From: Acidobacteriota bacterium
Lineage (GTDB): Bacteria > Acidobacteriota > Blastocatellia > Pyrinomonadales > Pyrinomonadaceae
Length of the DNA stretch: 64,000 nucleotides
Assembly (NCBI GenBank): GCA_025463125.1
Contig: JAOAPX010000152.1
Span: forward strand, 19,816-83,815
Direction: 5' to 3'
In this document: in pieces, positions 63,696-64,000 of the stretch
Layout: each line of letters starts with the position of its first letter
Position numbering within the stretch: position 1 is the first letter of the stretch
Position numbers and translations under genes: made by a program
The notes under the pieces: model-generated
Databases searched by the model: none
Seen by the model: the letters and a program-made list of their open reading frames with translations, nothing else
Told to the model about the DNA's origin: nothing

Positions 63696-64000
63696 TTAAT
63701 TTTCCAGAAGTTTTTCCCACTCGGCGTAAAGCGATTGAACCTGTTTTTCGGTCTGATCAAACTGCTTGTTGACTTCGAGTAGTTTTGCGTGATCGGCGGC
63801 GATTTCCGGGACGCTCATTTGCGACGTCAGATGCGACATTTTTTCTTCAAGCGCCGGAATTTCCTTTTCGATTTGTTTTATCCTGTTTTCGATTTGCTGA
63901 CGCTGGTTCTTGCTCAAGTTATCAACTTTCGGTTTTTCTTCGATTTTCGGCTCGCTTGTTTCCGGCGTCGCGCCGCGCGCCAGTTCTTTGCCGTTATTCG
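63696..64000 (-). CDS. ABC-F family ATPase, C-terminal coiled-coil part (5' end lies outside the window)
   Basis: The frame stays open to the window edge. KNQRQQIENRIKQIEKEIPALEEKMSHLTSQM...LYAEWEKLLE is the typical C-terminal coiled coil of Uup/YheS-like ABC-F proteins. Confidence 0.7.
   Translation of the reverse strand, partial: NNGKELARGATPETSEPKIEEKPKVDNLSKNQRQQIENRIKQIEKEIPALEEKMSHLTSQMSVPEIAADHAKLLEVNKQFDQTEKQVQSLYAEWEKLLEN

Overview
This is a 64-kb bacterial chromosomal window with moderate GC content. About 55 protein genes are dense on both strands. I saw no rRNA, tRNA, CRISPR array, transposase or integrase. Three gene types point to an Acidobacteriota-like genome, which is an inference, not a database result: TIGR03436-style vWA proteins, a CarboxypepD_reg-type giant outer-membrane barrel, and a subtilase carrying FG-GAP/VCBS-like repeats.

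Layout:
- 0-8 kb: purC 3' end, a Fis-like HTH gene, a MOSC gene, CIRCE-controlled groES-groEL, an S8 protease with six FG-GAP-like repeats, an App1-like phosphatase, and an unannotated 50-aa Cys-rich metallothionein-like ORF.
- 8-18 kb: a signalling island. A CHASE histidine kinase, an NtrC-family sigma-54 activator and a hybrid kinase sit among five sigma-54-type (-24/-12) promoters. These face small or unknown envelope proteins and a possible sRNA.
- 18-28 kb: YfbK-like vWA lipoprotein, CYTH, ABC-2 exporter, DoxX, corA, pgpA, cobO, nrnA.
- 28-34 kb: the rimP-nusA-infB-rbfA operon with a leader terminator.
- 34-39.6 kb: an orphan XylF-like binding protein, two paralogous unknown membrane proteins, ugd and an epimerase.
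- 39.9-47 kb: a giant outer-membrane protein and a neighbouring secreted protein that share Gly/Arg/Met-rich tracts, then an ECF sigma/anti-sigma module.
- 47-55 kb: a reduced type II secretion / type IV pilus-like operon. Its secretin has an N-terminal TPR region and a C-terminal cohesin-like domain.
- 55-57.5 kb: two vWA genes.
- 57.6-60.9 kb: a compact four-gene bacterial microcompartment (BMC) locus.
- 61-64 kb: rodZ, guaB and an ABC-F 3' end.

The BMC locus is the most interesting candidate. Two PduA-like hexamer genes bracket an AdhE-type acylating aldehyde dehydrogenase, which has an unusual C-terminal tail, and a zinc-ribbon tail-anchored protein. The window shows no vertex protein, signature enzyme or cofactor-recycling enzyme. 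All functional calls come from motif recognition by eye and need HMM or BLAST confirmation.
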